DNA of 64,000 nucleotides from Octopus vulgaris. Taxonomy: Eukaryota. The notes under the pieces are model-generated. The model saw only the letters and a list, made by a program, of their open reading frames with translations, did no database searches and had not been told where the DNA came from. Positions 27,961 through 41,339 of this stretch are shown here, piece by piece. The translations under genes and the position numbers were made by a program. The DNA lies in NCBI GenBank assembly GCA_951406725.2, contig OX597817.1:128464001-128528000 (forward strand), written 5' to 3'. Positions within the stretch are counted from its first letter, which is position 1. Every line of letters starts with the position of its first letter.

Positions 27961-28997
27961 ATCTGTAGGAAGTAACCCAAGAAACTTCAAGAGTGTTAAC
28001 ATCCCAGTTGGATTTCTCGTTACAAGCAGCTCTTTGGGAGGAATGAGAGGCTGGGTTGTTGGAGAGAATGTAAATAGTAAAATCTTTAGTAGGACAAAAC
28101 GAAACGTTGGTAGCCCAGAGTTTAATGGCTACAAATACTGTTATTATGTCACTGACATCGTACTTATCCTTAAGAATCACAGATATCATCGACAGAAGGA
28201 AAATTTAAAAAAATGTAGACATTGAAACACATCTCCAACTTCATATAGGTTTGTTATCTCGAATTTCGAATTCAAATCGGTTTTAGACTTTTGAAAGGGA
28301 AGCGATTTTTGCGAAACAAAACTCAAACTGTAGGGTACATCAGAATTGATAAAGCAACGGTTTATGAGAGCTCCATTAGTACTCGTCGCAATTGTCCGAT
28401 ACTAAAGTGTGAGAGAAGAATGGAACCTAAAGCGCCAAACCAATGTCGAATGCTTTTGATTCTCTATAATACCACCTGGCTCGAATGCTTTTGTTGATGT
28501 CAAGTACAGTAACATTCTCCTTATCAAATGTATACCGGAGCCTCAAAGGTGTTTCTGCAGCTTGTTTGCAGTTCAATGACATATACTAGTGAGAAAAAAA
28601 AAACAATAAGAATATTTATATTACGTAGCAAAACAATTTATTTTTCTAGATACTATCTATAAAATACGAATACAATACAAATTTCATAATTTCATAAATA
28701 CTAATATTTTCTCTTAATTCTTTAAATTTTGGGCAAATCATGTCTTATCGAACAGGTATGCAGCAAATGCTGGATGACACAAACCTTAAAATAAATGCTT
28801 AGCGGAGGTAATATAGGACAGGGAAGCAGGAAGGATCCGAATGCACTCAACATGACATGTGTCAGTGTGTCGTATGTCACATGCTTCCGTCTATGCATTG
28901 GTTGAAGTATTTGTTATGCACGCGCAGAATGTTGCCTATTGTAAAGGAGTAAATTCGGATTTTCTTTTCATAGACACTTGCACGCGCACACACACAC

Positions 28998-29033
<36 letters not shown>

Positions 29034-29384
29034 TAATCAGTTCATTGAAAAGCAATTGATAATTTCAATGAATTGGCCTTCTGCTTCTATGAACGCGACA
29101 TATTGGTCAGTTAAGCAGCAAAAGTACTTTTTTGTATAATATGTGATATGAATTATACTTTATACTTCCTGTACATTTCCTAACACATTTCTCGTATTTA
29201 TCCAACCATTATCATTATTTTTTTTTATATGATATTTTATACTACCCTTAACAAATAAAACAATATTATTTCTGACCCAATGAAACTCGCTCTATGTTGT
29301 CACTTGTTCTGCTAAAAATAGCAGGCAAATTTCCACAAATTTTACGAAAGAAGGGATACATGACTGATGAAGTTCTTGATATTC

Positions 29385-29787
29385 TCTCTTTCTCTTTTCT
29401 CTTTTACTTGTTTCAGTCATTTGACTGCGGCCACGCTGGAGCACCGCCTTTAGTCGAGCAAATCGACCCCAGGACTTATTCTTTGTAAGCCTAGTACTTA
29501 TTCTATCGGTCTCTTTTGTCGAACCGCTAAGTGACGGGGACGTAGACACACTACCATTGGTTGTCAAGCGATGTTGGGGTGACAAACACAGACACAAAAA
29601 CACACACACACATATATATATACACGACAGGCTTCTTTCAGTTTCTGTCTACCAAATCCACTCACACGACTTTGGTCAGCCCAAGGCTTTAATAGAAGAC
29701 ACTTGCCCAAAGTGCCACGCAGTGGGAAAGAATCCGGAACCATATGGTTGGTAAGCAAGCTACTTACCACACAGCCACTCCTGCGCC
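29385..29787 (-). mobile_element. SINE family B, full length
   Basis: Reverse complement of the 17577-18028 type. Confidence 0.9.
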
Positions 29788-31252
29788 TATGTGAAAGACT
29801 AAGTGATAATAACTGAAATTCCTCTGTTTATACTAGCAGTCTTCGATTATTGATTTGTACCTATGTACTCTAGGTGAGAAGAAGAGTAGAGTGAAATTAC
29901 CACGAAGAATCGAGCATACAGTGATTCAGGCACAATCCTTGAGATTAAAGATGATAGGACAGAATTATGAAGGGGCCATTTCCGTTACCCATTTATGAGT
30001 GTGCAGCTTCTTCGCACACTCAGGAAAACGAAAATAAGAACGATTCATATTCAATCACGGAACCATATCACGGACAGGTTTAAATAAACGTTTTTTTCTT
30101 TCTACACCTTACTTCTTCTTATTTTGGTAATCCCTTACTTATTCTTCAGTTTACTTCTCACTTCAGTTTTTATCTCCACTTCACCCAATTCTCTTCCTCT
30201 TTTCATTTCCCTCACTCAGATTCTTTTTCCTATTATTTATTGTCTACGCATAGAAGCTCACGTTGTCTTGCGCTCATCATCAGTTGCAGCCAATCTCTCA
30301 AACATACTGTCTTCTATTTATTTACCAATTTTCGTCTTCATCCTGAAGATGGGCAGAGAGTTTTGAAATTGTCTAGCATTAACTCGCATGTTGTTTTCTT
30401 CATTCCACTCGTAGACTGCTGTAGGTTTACGATAATTCCTTGTGATACTTTTATATTATCATGATAAGAGTGGCCGCTTCTAACAACAGTTGTTCCAAGA
30501 GAGTTCTCCAAAGAACTCCACTCGGAATTTGTGCTTCGCTAGCGTATGCAACGTTGGCTGCAACTGTCTGAGATTTAATTCATAAAATCTCTTGTAATCA
30601 ACTTCTTAATTTCCAAAGCATGCCAATATAACACAGTTTGTAATATGTCATTTTGTGATCGAGTTTATGAAAGATCTTCTGATAATTCTTTACGTGACCT
30701 AGCTGATAAGTGACATCAGAAAGATAGACGTGTAATGTTTTGTCCTCTGTTCTGCTTCTTCCATTCTGAATGGGGCATATTATGCCTTCTTTCAACTTTT
30801 GTTAAAAACACCTTCTAACTAGCAGGTTGTGAAAAATAATCTGGAATACTATGTTACTTTTTTCTCAGAAAATTCCTGGAAACCATTGGGGCTATGACGA
30901 TAAACGATAAATAACCTTCCATTTTTACGTCAATGTAATCGACGATTGTCGCTTCCTAATGTGGAGCGGTGATGTTAAAGAACTTACCTAACTCAATCAT
31001 TTGCTTGTTTCACAAAAAAGAGGTAGGAACACACTTTCAAATTACACATTCAGTATTTCACATACCCATCCTTCTGTTAGTGAGCTGTCTCCTAGGAACA
31101 GTGGTCCGAATTTTTAATGTCTTGTGGCTAATTCTAAATAACCTCAAGATTCATTTTTATATTCTCTACAACAATGGATTCACTTCCTGATCTCTTCTTT
31201 TCATGGGTGTGTTTGATTTTGTTTTCTATTTGTAGGAGTGTATTCAAGATGA

Positions 31253-31590
31253 GTGAAGGCGCATGGCTCAGTGGTTAGGGTGTCAAGCTTACGATCGTGA
31301 GGTTGTGAGTTCGAATCCCGGATCGGGCTGCGTGTTATGTTCTTGAGCAAGACACTTTATTTCACGTTGCTCCAGTTCACTCAACTGTAGAAATGAATTG
31401 CGACGTCACAGGTGCCAAGCTGTATCGACCTTTGCCTTTCCCTTGGATAACATCGGTAGCGTGGAGAGGGGAGGCTAGGATGCATGGGCGACTGATGGTC
31501 TTTCATAAACAACCTTACCCGGACTTGTGCCTCGGAGGGTAACTTTCTAGGTGCAATCCCACGGCCATTCGTGACCGAAGGGGGTTTCAA
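31253..31590 (+). mobile_element. tRNA-derived SINE family C, full length
   Basis: A box TGGCTCAGTGG, B box GTTCGAATCC, then GTTCTTGAGCAAGACACTT core. Confidence 0.9.
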
Positions 31591-31944
31591 TATTCAAGGT
31601 GGGGGGCTGTCTTTCAGTTGTACATTTAATCGATTCCTTTTCGAAGTATCATATACACACATTAGCTGGCTATTTTTATTTGGTACAAATTTAATGCATA
31701 TCCGCTTGCAATGATTGTATAATTTTTATGCCATTATCTTCCTTAGAGAGAGACGTTCTGTTCATTTCTGCTTCTTTTTTTTTCTGCTTAAGACTTGTTA
31801 AAGGCAGTAGATATGACTGCAAACTCTAGCAGGTCAAGTGATCAAGTAGAGGCTTCCACAATGGCTCAATCGAGATAAGGTAGTATGTGTACGTTTTTGT
31901 GTAAATGAGAAAAGGAGGTGAGAAGGAGTGAATGGGAGAGAGGT

Positions 31945-31983
<39 letters not shown>

Positions 31984-32094
31984 AAGAGAGAGAGAGAGGG
32001 AGAAAGAAAGAGACGCTGTTGGTGGAAAACATACATGCGAGGTGCGAATTTTATATATATATACAATCTTTTATTCTTTTATTCTTTTACTTTA

Positions 32095-32398
32095 TCTATA
32101 TATATAAAACTGAAGTTGTATGGTGTCTGTCTCCTACGATTTAGATTCCCAACTACTCCCACATTTTGCGGTGCAGTTTAACCAAAAGCGGGTATCTTAT
32201 AGTCGTGATTCATATCGAGCCCTTCTGGGTACTTAGCGCGCGTCTACGATGAGTCTACGATTTAAAAAAAAAATTACCATCATTTTTTTCCATTTTTAAT
32301 GCATTATTTTTGCTATTATATAAGGGAAGTAACTCTCTAAAAATGCTTATATAGTTATTTCCCTTACAAACCCGAGCAACGCCGGGCGATACTGCTAG
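32095..32398 (+). mobile_element. non-autonomous Helitron (304 bp)
   Basis: A|TC 5' end (TCTATATATATAAAA), 3' hairpin CCCGAGCAACGCCGGG, terminal CTAG|T. Confidence 0.85.
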
Positions 32399-32514
32399 TA
32401 TGTATATATATATAGTATTATATTCTTTTATTCTTTTACTTTATATATATATATATATAGTATTATATTCTTTTATTCTTTTACTTTATATATATATATA
32501 TAGTATCATATTCT

Positions 32515-32765
32515 TTTATTCTTTACTTGTTTCAGTCATCTGACTGCGGCCATGCTAGTGCACTGGATCTAGACGAACAAATCGTCCCCAGGATTTATTC
32601 TTCGTTAGTCTAGTACTTATTCTATCGGAATCTTTTTGCTGAATTGCAAATTGACGGGGACGTAAAGAAACTAACATCGGTTGTCAAGTGATGGTGGGGA
32701 ACAAAAAAACAGACACAAATAGCAAATACACACACGCACACGCACACACACATACACACACATAT
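32515..32765 (-). mobile_element. SINE family B 3' half
   Basis: TTACTTGTTTCAGTCAT..GACTGCGGCCATGC; its tail is duplicated in tandem at 32413-32520. Confidence 0.8.
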
Positions 32766-32880
32766 ACAAATTATATTCAAATATGAGAGGAAAGCTACTG
32801 ACTGTTTTTTTTTACGCATACTGGCCACTGGTATAAATTGTTATTTTTTGATAATAATTTTTACTCTCAATACTTATATA

Positions 32881-33287
32881 GGCGCATGAGTGGCTGTGTG
32901 TTAAGTAGCTTGCTTACCAAGCATATGGTTCAGGTTCCGGGTTCCGGGTTCAGTCCCACTGCGTGGCACATTGGGCAAGTGTCTTCTACTATAACATCGG
33001 GCTAACCAAAAACTTGTGAGTGGATTTGGTAGACGGAAACTGAAAGAAGCCCGTCGTATATATTATATATATGCATGTTTGTGTGTATCTGTTTATCCCC
33101 CTCCCAATATCGTTTGTCAACCGATTTCGGTGTGTTTACGTCCCCGTAACTTAACGGTTCGGTAAAAGATACCGATAGAATAAGTACTGGGTTTACAAAG
33201 AATAAGTCCTGGGGTCGATTTGCTCGGCTAAAAGCAGTGCTCCAGCATAGGTCGCTGTCAAATGACTAAAACAAGTAAAAGAGTAAA
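32881..33287 (+). mobile_element. SINE family B
   Basis: Full-length match to the family. Confidence 0.9.
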
Positions 33288-33299
33288 ACAATATATATA

Positions 33300-33573
33300 T
33301 GCAGGGTGAGAGAGTTGGTATGTGAAAGCACGTGGTTGGATGTATAAAAGAAAAAATAGAGTGAAAAATCTACAGAAGACTTGTGTTATATGGTTAAAGA
33401 ATATATTTATATCGTCATGTTAGAAAAATGTTATAAAATTTTGTGTAATGACATTAAAAACAATGTCACTACACAAAATTTTATAACGTTTTTCTAACAT
33501 GACGATTTAAATATATTCTTTAACCATATAACAGAAGTCTTTTTTAGTTTCTTCACTCTATTTTTTCTTTTAT
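33300..33573. repeat. (TA)n-flanked insert with an imperfect ~230-bp palindrome (33343-33573)
   Basis: Arms TATAAAAGAAAAAATAGAGTGAA...GTAATGACATT / AATGTCACTAC...TTCACTCTATTTTTTCTTTTATA. Confidence 0.85.
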
Positions 33574-33588
33574 ATATATATATATATA

Positions 33589-33837
33589 CAGTAATCCCTC
33601 GACTATCGTGGGCGTTAGATTCCAAAACCCCACACGATAGGTGAAAATCCGGGAAGTAGAAACAGTATTGTACTGTATTTTTATTTACTAATCTATTGAT
33701 TTTTAACCGGGAAAATGCTTATTTTATCACACAAGTAATCAAAGTCTTAAAAAGTATATATACCTATCAGCCACAGAAACCCGCGATAAACTGAGGAGTC
33801 CGCGATAGGTGAACCGCAATATGGCGAGTGATTTCTG
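33589..33837. mobile_element. pogo/Tigger-like MITE
   Basis: TA|CAGTAATCCCTCG ... CGAGTGATTTCTG|TA imperfect TIRs with TA target. Confidence 0.75.
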
Positions 33838-33876
33838 TACAAGTATGCATGTATGTATGTATATGTGTGTGTATGT

Positions 33877-33933
<57 letters not shown>

Positions 33934-34129
33934 TGTGTGTGTGTGTGTGTCTGTGTGTGTGTGTGTGTATGTATGTACCTATGTATACATGTATATATAA
34001 ATATAAATATGTGTGTGTGTGTGTGTGTGTGTGTGTATTTGGTGACATTTAGGAGGAGATTCACAGACAGTGAAAACAAATAATACATAGAATCTATGTT
34101 GCTTACATTGCAACGACACCGATAACGAC

Positions 34130-34662
34130 GTCGACGAAAAGAAAGAAGAATAACGTTATCTAACAACAACAACAACAACAGCAACAACAACAACAACAAC
34201 AACAACAATAGCAGCAGTAGCAGTAACCATAGCGCGTATAGCAATCAACTTTTCTCCTTCTTCTTCTTTCTGAAAATGAAGACAGACAAAAAAAGAAAGA
34301 ATGAACGAAAAAGAACGAAAGAGAGAAGAAAAAGAAAAGAAGAAAGAACATTAAAGAAATAAAAGAAAGAGTGACTTTCTTCTGTAACTATAACAACAGC
34401 AGTAGCAGCAGCAGCAGCAGCAGCAGCAACCATAACGCCTACAGCTATCAACTGTTGTTATAGTTACAGAAGAAAGTAATTTTTTTCTTTTATTTTTTTT
34501 CATTTTTCTTTCTTCTTTTCTTTTTCTTCTTTCTTTAGTTCTTTTCTCCTTCATTCTTTCTTCTCTCTCTGTCTTCGTTCTCAGAAAGAAGAAGAAGAAA
34601 AATGAACCCGCAAGAAAGAAAAAATAATTTTCTCTTCCCCGCTGCTGCCCACGAAGTGAGAG

Positions 34663-34717
<55 letters not shown>

Positions 34718-35330
34718 AATGATAGAGAGAAAGAAACGCTGCAGTGAGGTGTTAACAAGTTTATTTGCGACTAATACGTGAATATTCCTCTGAGTTCCTT
34801 TGTTGAGCAACTTTTCGTTTTTCAAAGAGCTTCATCGTAAAATAACAGAATATTCTGTTATTTTGTTCCGATTTATTTCAATAAGAACCATTTACATTGG
34901 AGGAGAAGAATAGGAAGGAAAGAGGAGGGAGAAGAAAAAGACGATGAAGAAGAATAAGGATAAGAGAGAAAGAAAGAATGAAACAAGAGTAGTAGAGAAA
35001 TGAAGAAAAATTTAGAAAAGAGAAGTGGAAATACGATGAAGGAAAGAAAAAGAGACAAAGAAACAGAAGACAAGAATAATGTGAAGAAAGATAGAAAAGG
35101 TAAGAAGGAAAGACTTAAAGATAGAAATGAAAAAGAAAAGAAACAAAGGAAAACTATGTGAGAAAAGAAAGAAAGAAAGTAAGAAAGACAGAAAAAAAGA
35201 AAGAAAGAAAGAAAGAAAGGGAGAATAAATAAAAGAAAGAAGTAGATGAAGAAAAAGCAACAAGGAAAGAAGGTTTGGATGAGAAGAGGAAGAGAAGGAA
35301 AACAAAGCAGAGGATGAAGAATTCGAAGTA
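34130..35330. repeat. (CAA)n, (CAG)n, (GAAA)n and purine-rich low-complexity region
   Basis: Seen directly. Confidence 0.85.
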
Positions 35331-35376
35331 AAATGTCATACGCCTTTCCAAGTGACTAACTCAAGAGAACTCTTCT

Positions 35377-36372
35377 AGGTACTTCTTGGTTATCTCACCC
35401 CCATTAAAATTGCAATTAAAATATTGAATTATCTCCCTTCTAAAAAATTGAATTTATATGGTGACAAGAGATTGGATTAAAAGAGTTATATCCTTTTCAT
35501 TCAATACATCAACATGTTGATGTTTGTCCTCTTCAATACATATGGTATGGTTTGTTATAAAAATGTTATCAGATTCAATAGGATGAGTAGTGGAAATATA
35601 TATTCAATATCAGGTGTTGATGTGGCTGCGTGTATATTATTACAAGTGTTCGTATAGAGATAAAGAATAAATTCAAGAACTATATATTTACTGTATAAAA
35701 ATATACTTTTACTAGTTGATGACGATACATAATCAAAATGTAGAATCTAGTTGAATGAAGTAATCTATGCAAGAAAGTTCAGAGATAGGAAATATAGAAT
35801 TAACAGCTAAGTAGTGGCTTTCAGTCATGTGGCATAGAGAAATAGACGGACATAGGAATGACGTGAATGGCTCTAAGTCTAATCAACTAAGAAGCAAAGA
35901 GCAGGGTTAGCAAGCTGTTTTTATTAATGGAACGCTAGACATTCTAGAAACTCCCAAGAGTAACGCTAAGCTTGAATAATTAAGAATCACGTCTCATGAC
36001 ACAGATGCTTCGAGAAACTTAGAAAGGGAGGTTATTCTATAATCTTTCTTGCAAGGGAGATCATTCAACTATCTAGCTACCGCTACAGATATTTAATCTT
36101 TTTCAGCTTTCATGTTTATTAATTTTTTCAGTTTTCATGTTTATTTATTTTTTCAGTTTGTATGATTTGTTATAAAAATATTATGAGATTCAGTACGATG
36201 TTTCATCTTTTCCCTTTTCATGTATACTAATTTTTTTAATATTTTTTCTTTTATTGAGTGTTAAACAATTTTTTTAGTTGAGGGGGATAACCAAAAAGTA
36301 CCGATATTTCTCATAAAATGTGAGAGAGATAACCCAACTTTTTAACGGGAGTGAGATAACCAAAATGTAACT
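35377..36372. mobile_element. non-autonomous DNA transposon (~1 kb) with ~33-bp TIRs
   Basis: AGGTACTTCTTGGTTATCTCACCCCCATTAAAA ... TTTTAACGGGAGTGAGATAACCAAAATGTAACT; extra GATAACC subterminal copies. Confidence 0.65.
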
Positions 36373-36457
36373 TCTTCCAAGCTCCTTTGTCAAGCCCATG
36401 AATTTTCAGATGTGTTCCTTTGTTAAAATCAATGGTACTCACCCGAGTTCTTTTGTT

Positions 36458-36676
36458 ACTCTTTTTACTAGTTTCAGTCATTTGACAGCGGCCCTTGCTG
36501 GAGCACCGCCTTTAGTCGAACAAATCGCCCCCTGGACTTATTGTTTCTAAGCCTATTACTTATTCTATCGGTCATTTTTGCCGAAACGCTAATTTACGAG
36601 GGCATAAACACACCAACATCGGTTGTCAAGCGATGGGGGTGGGGACAAACACAGGCACACAAACATACACACATAC

Positions 36677-36739
<63 letters not shown>

Positions 36740-36908
36740 CATATATACGACAAGCTTCTTTCAGGTTCCGTCTATCAAATCCACTCACAAGGCTTTGGTC
36801 AGCCCGAGGCTATAGAAGATACTTGCCCAAGGTGTCACGCAGTGGGACTGAACCCGAACCCGTGTGGTTGGGAAGGAAGCTTCTTACCACACAGCCACTC
36901 TTGCGCCT
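36458..36908 (-). mobile_element. SINE family B
   Basis: Full-length reverse match. Confidence 0.9.
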
Positions 36909-37668
36909 GTGTTAGTTCATTTTAAAATTTCTTCCTAGTTCATTTTTAAAATTCCCCTAAGTTCCTTCATACTCTCCCAAGTTCCTTTTTTAAATACACC
37001 AGTAAACTTTAAATTCTTTTTCTAAACTCACAAATACTCTTTCTCGTTCCTTTGCTAAAAATTCAAGAAAAGTACCTTTGTTCCATAGATAAACGCGCTG
37101 TATGAGGACTGGCATGTCAAATAATAAACCTAATGTTTCCTTTGCGACTAAAAGGGGTCAAAGTAGGATTGACACTCTGATCTCGTAAAACCCTCATCAG
37201 CAACGATAACCCAAAACAGACCCAAGGGTTGGAAGGTTATCGCCTGAGTGGTGCAAAGGTGTCACACGCCAAGTGTACAAAAACACCAACAAATGTTGTA
37301 CACACTGTTACAACGCATGCCCTTATACTCCTCCTCCTACTGCTGCTGCTGCTACTACTACTACTACTACTACTACTACAACATAGATAAATACATGAAA
37401 GCTGCGTTTTCTCTGTTTCTTTGCTAAGTACAATATATCTGTGTTTCCTTATGAAATACACAAGTACACATCTGAGATTTTGTGAAGCACGCAATGCTCC
37501 TTTCGTTTCTTTTATTTTTCATTTTATTTTTCTTGACCTCAAGACCTCAGGGTGCATAAGTGATCGAGTTCACTACATTCCCTTCAATAGGACGCTGATG
37601 CCTTGCAGCATTCAAGACCAGCAATTTCGAGGAGAAGGTCAGTTACCTCATCCCTTGTACTTAACTGA

Positions 37669-37815
37669 AGGTGGCGAGCTGGCAGAATTGTTAACACAAC
37701 GAATAAACTGCTTACCAGCATTCCTTCGAGCACTTTTCGTTCTGAGATCAAATCTTGCCGAGGTCAATTTTGCCTTTCATACCTTCGGGGTCGATAAAAT
37801 AAAGCACCAGCCAAA
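37669..37815 (+). mobile_element. SINE family A, partial
   Basis: GGTGGCGAGCTGGCAGAATTGTTAAC...GGGGTCGATAAAAT. Confidence 0.8.
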
Positions 37816-37846
37816 TACTACCCTTGAACTCTGCAAGGGTACAACG

Positions 37847-38240
37847 TCTTCTTCTTCTTCCAGTCTTGTAACAGCATTCCTCCTGTAGTGGGGGAGGGGT
37901 TAAGCCGGCTCCTATTGAGTTCGCCGCGTTTCGTCATGACTTCATATGAGTCTCAAGGGATGATCTGAGTCCGCGAAAACAGTTCCCGTCTGTATCGGTA
38001 AGCCAGTGGCCGGTCGCCTTCCCCGATTAAACCCCCTCGCTGCAGGATGTCCGGAGACGTGATCTAGCGCCACTAGGAAGCCACCGGATTCCGGAACAGA
38101 TGCCACCTGCAATTCACCTCCATGCACCACCTGGAATGCCCTCCAGTTAGCCTTAGGCGGCAAGACCAGGGACTCGAATTACCCAACGGCATAGCTCTGA
38201 CACTCGTTTAACCTTCCCACAACAATGATGTCAAGGGTTG
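37847..38240. mobile_element. GC-richer LINE-derived (possibly RTE-like) fragment
   Basis: Abrupt GC rise; (GAA)n tail on the minus strand at 37847-37860; family uncertain. Confidence 0.3.
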
Positions 38241-38427
38241 TACTTTGAGGAAGGTGCATGTAATAATCTCTGTCACCTATACCTCATGCCTCCCTGGTAG
38301 GTGACCTTAAGAGACCAAGAAAGCTAAAATTATAACTATATGCAGATGCGCTCCTATGTCTTACTTAAACAGACGAGAGCTCATCTAATACCTTTATTTG
38401 TTCTGAATATTTTAGTTTTCTTTTATA

Positions 38428-38880
38428 GGCGGTGAGTTGGCAGAATCGTTAGCACAGCGGACAAAACGCTTAGCGGCATTTCGTTCGTCTCTACGTTCTG
38501 AGTTCAAATTCCACCGGCGTCGACTTTGCCTTTCGTCATTCCGGGGTCGATAAAATTTGTACCAGTTGAGTCCTGGGTCAGATGTTATCGACTTACCCCT
38601 AGCCGCTATTTTGCTGGCATTGTGCCAAGATTTGAAATAAATATTTTCGTTTCCTTTACAGATTACACATTAAATCATCATTAAGAGTGCCAACCATTTA
38701 CGAACTAAATGTTTAGCGGTGTTTCTTCCGGCTTTACTCTCTGAGTTCAAATTTCACCAAGGTCTGCTTTTGACTTTCATCCTTTCGAAATCAATAAATT
38801 AAGTAACAGTGGTGCACTGGGGTCGATGTAATTGACCAATGGCCTCCCACCAAAGTTCACGTTTTGTGGCTAAGTGGAAA
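38428..38880 (+). mobile_element. two tandem SINE family A copies
   Basis: Family motifs at 38428-38645 and ~38690-38880. Confidence 0.8.
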
Positions 38881-39465
38881 GAAAGAAAAAATATCTACCA
38901 CATATATTTTACACCTCTTCTATTTTACTTTTTCAGTTTTTCCTTCCCGCTCTTTTCTGGTATTTTTTTCCTATGTACATTTTTGTTACTATGAAAAGCA
39001 TCTATTATTCTTCATTTCATTCAATTTTTGAAAAATCTTTTTCTTTTTCCTTCTCCATTTTTAGATTTACTTTCTTTTTTCCTGCTTTTTTCACTGTTTT
39101 TTCTTTCATAGTTTCTTTTTCTTCTCTTCTTTCCTTTTTTCTCTTTATTTTTCCTTTCTCTGTCTCTGTCCTTTTCTTGACTTTCTTTTCCCTTTCTTTC
39201 TTCTTTTCCTTTCTCTATTTCCATTCCTTTATCTCTATTTCTATCTTTGTTTGTTTGTTTGCTTCTTTCTTTCTGTCTTGTTTACTTTGTTTCTTTGTGT
39301 TTATTTTTTACTTTACGCTCTTTCTCACTTTATTTCCTTTTTCTTTCTTTCTTTTTTCTTCCTTCCTTTTCACATTCTTTCTTTCGTTCTTTCTTTCTTT
39401 CTGTTATTTTCAGTCGCCTTTTTTCTCACGACTTTCATTCATACTTCAATACTTTCTTTAAGCAA

Positions 39466-39893
39466 GGCGGCGAGCTGGCAGGTACGTTAGCACGCTGGGC
39501 GAAATGCATAGCCGTATTTCGTCTGCCGCTACGTACTGAGTTCAAATTCCACCGAGGTCGACTTTGCCTTTCATCCTTTCGGGGTCGATAAATTAAGTAC
39601 CAGTTACACACTGGGGTCGATGTAATCGACTTAATACATTTGTCTGTCCTTGTTTGTCCCCTCTGTGTTTAGCCCCTTGTGGGTAGTAAAAAAAATAGGT
39701 ATTTCGTCTGCCACTACGTTCTGAGTTCAAATTCTGCCGAGGTCGACTTTGTCTTTCATCCTTTCGGGGTCGATTAAATAAGTACCAGTTACGCACTGTG
39801 GTCGATATAATCGACTTAATCCGTTTGTCTGTCCTTGTTTGTCCCCTCTGTGTTTAGCCCCTTGTGAGTAGTAAAGAAATAGGTATTTCGTTT
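39466..39893 (+). mobile_element. SINE family A with a 184-bp internal tandem duplication
   Basis: Body restarts at GTATTTCGT at ~39699 and again at ~39883. Confidence 0.9.
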
Positions 39894-40199
39894 GTGTGAG
39901 TTTGGATTTATTGGTGATTATTATTGGAGTGCGTCTGTATAGTAACTGCAGTTTCTATTGACTGTTTTTGTGTTATTTTCGACAGATTTATAAAAATAAT
40001 TTTTTGTAACTAAACACTTTCAAACTTCGTATACTGGTAGAATGTATCACATAAAACGTCTTTTTCTCTTGGGATTGTTGAGAAAATTCTGTATTTTGGA
40101 AGTTATTTTTTGTTAAAGTTGTATTTCAATTTCAACCAATCAATGACGTGTATTCAGTAGAATAAAATTACTACCGTTGTTTGTCAACAACAACTATCG

Positions 40200-41200
40200 G
40201 CTTTATTGGACCGGTCAAACGGTTCACCTCCTAATACAAGCAGAACAGCCAATTTTAGAACAGTTACCGAAGAAAATAGAAATTGGGGAGGAATTCCTTA
40301 ACGTAGTCGTCGAGGGGCGCAAGCCCCAATGTTTCCAGTGTGACCAGCTGGGCCATATGAAAAAAGCACTGTAGAGCCGGCGAGGAAGAATCCGATGTTG
40401 AGGAGGAGGAAAGAGAGAAACAGAAGAAAAGAAAGCAACTAACAACAAGAGAAAAAGGGAAAGCTCAAATCAACAAAAACAGGTCGAACTAAGACCAAGA
40501 AAAAAAAAGCTGCGAAAAGAGACAAACCAAAAAGGAAGCAAAAGACAGAGGGATTTAATGAGAGAAATAAAAGCGAAAAAATCAGCCGCTAGGATTGCAG
40601 AAGTTTCTGATAAATATAAGAACTACGAGTTCTACGAAATGGATAAAAAGACTCATAATGTATTACTTAACACGTATAGAAAGTCGGTGTCGATGATGAG
40701 ATTGGATTTTAATCAATCCATTTTTCAAGACTTGCCGCCTCTGACCCTATGTCAAGAAAAGGTGGAGAGTCCCTCTCCACAGGACACCCCGGATTAAATA
40801 TGTAAGTAGTGTCTATACATACTGGTTGATTACCTGTAAGCTGACAGTATCTAAGTTACATAGACAGGGATCTGGCTACTGGAAACTCAATACGTCTCTT
40901 TTGGCGATTGAGGAGTACAGAAAGCAGATCAAGAAGTTAATTGAGAGGGCATTGACAGGTACCATCATTAATAATAAATGGCAGTATATCCTAAAAAGAG
41001 CCATAAAATATGAGTCTATTAGTTTTACCATAAGTTTAGCTAAGAAGGGACGTAGAATAAGAGATGGTCTAGTTATGGAACTAGAAAAAGCCTGGAAGAC
41101 TGCCAATGTGGACCAAGTGTAGGTGAAGAGACTGGAGTTGAACTAGCATCTTGAAGCCCAACACATGGAAAGTGTTTCCAGAGCTAAGTTATGTGCATCT
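40200..41200 (+). mobile_element. L1/Tx1-type LINE fragments (ORF1 zinc knuckle and post-endonuclease ORF2)
   Basis: LNVVVEGRKPQCFQCDQLGHMKK and QGSGYWKLNTSLL; large internal deletion. Confidence 0.75.
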
Positions 41201-41339
41201 CTGGATTCTCCTGGATGGTGAACTGGGGTGGATCTAATCGACTGAACCCCTCCCCAAAAATTTCGGGCGTTGTGCCTAGAGTAGATAAGAATATGTTTCT
41301 CATTCCTATTTTAGGGCGGCGAGCTGGCAAAAACGTACA

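Noticed and set aside
30340-30376. CTGAAGA...GAAA..GTC HHR-like string
   Set aside because: Stems I to III do not pair convincingly; at most a very decayed remnant
31253-31325. tRNA gene-like A and B boxes
   Set aside because: Head of a SINE continuing into a repeated body; not a cloverleaf tRNA gene
37135-37205. CTGATGAG on the minus strand
   Set aside because: No GAAA directly after a stem II and no cleavage site
38874-39461. 195-aa Phe-rich ORF
   Set aside because: T/C-rich low-complexity DNA
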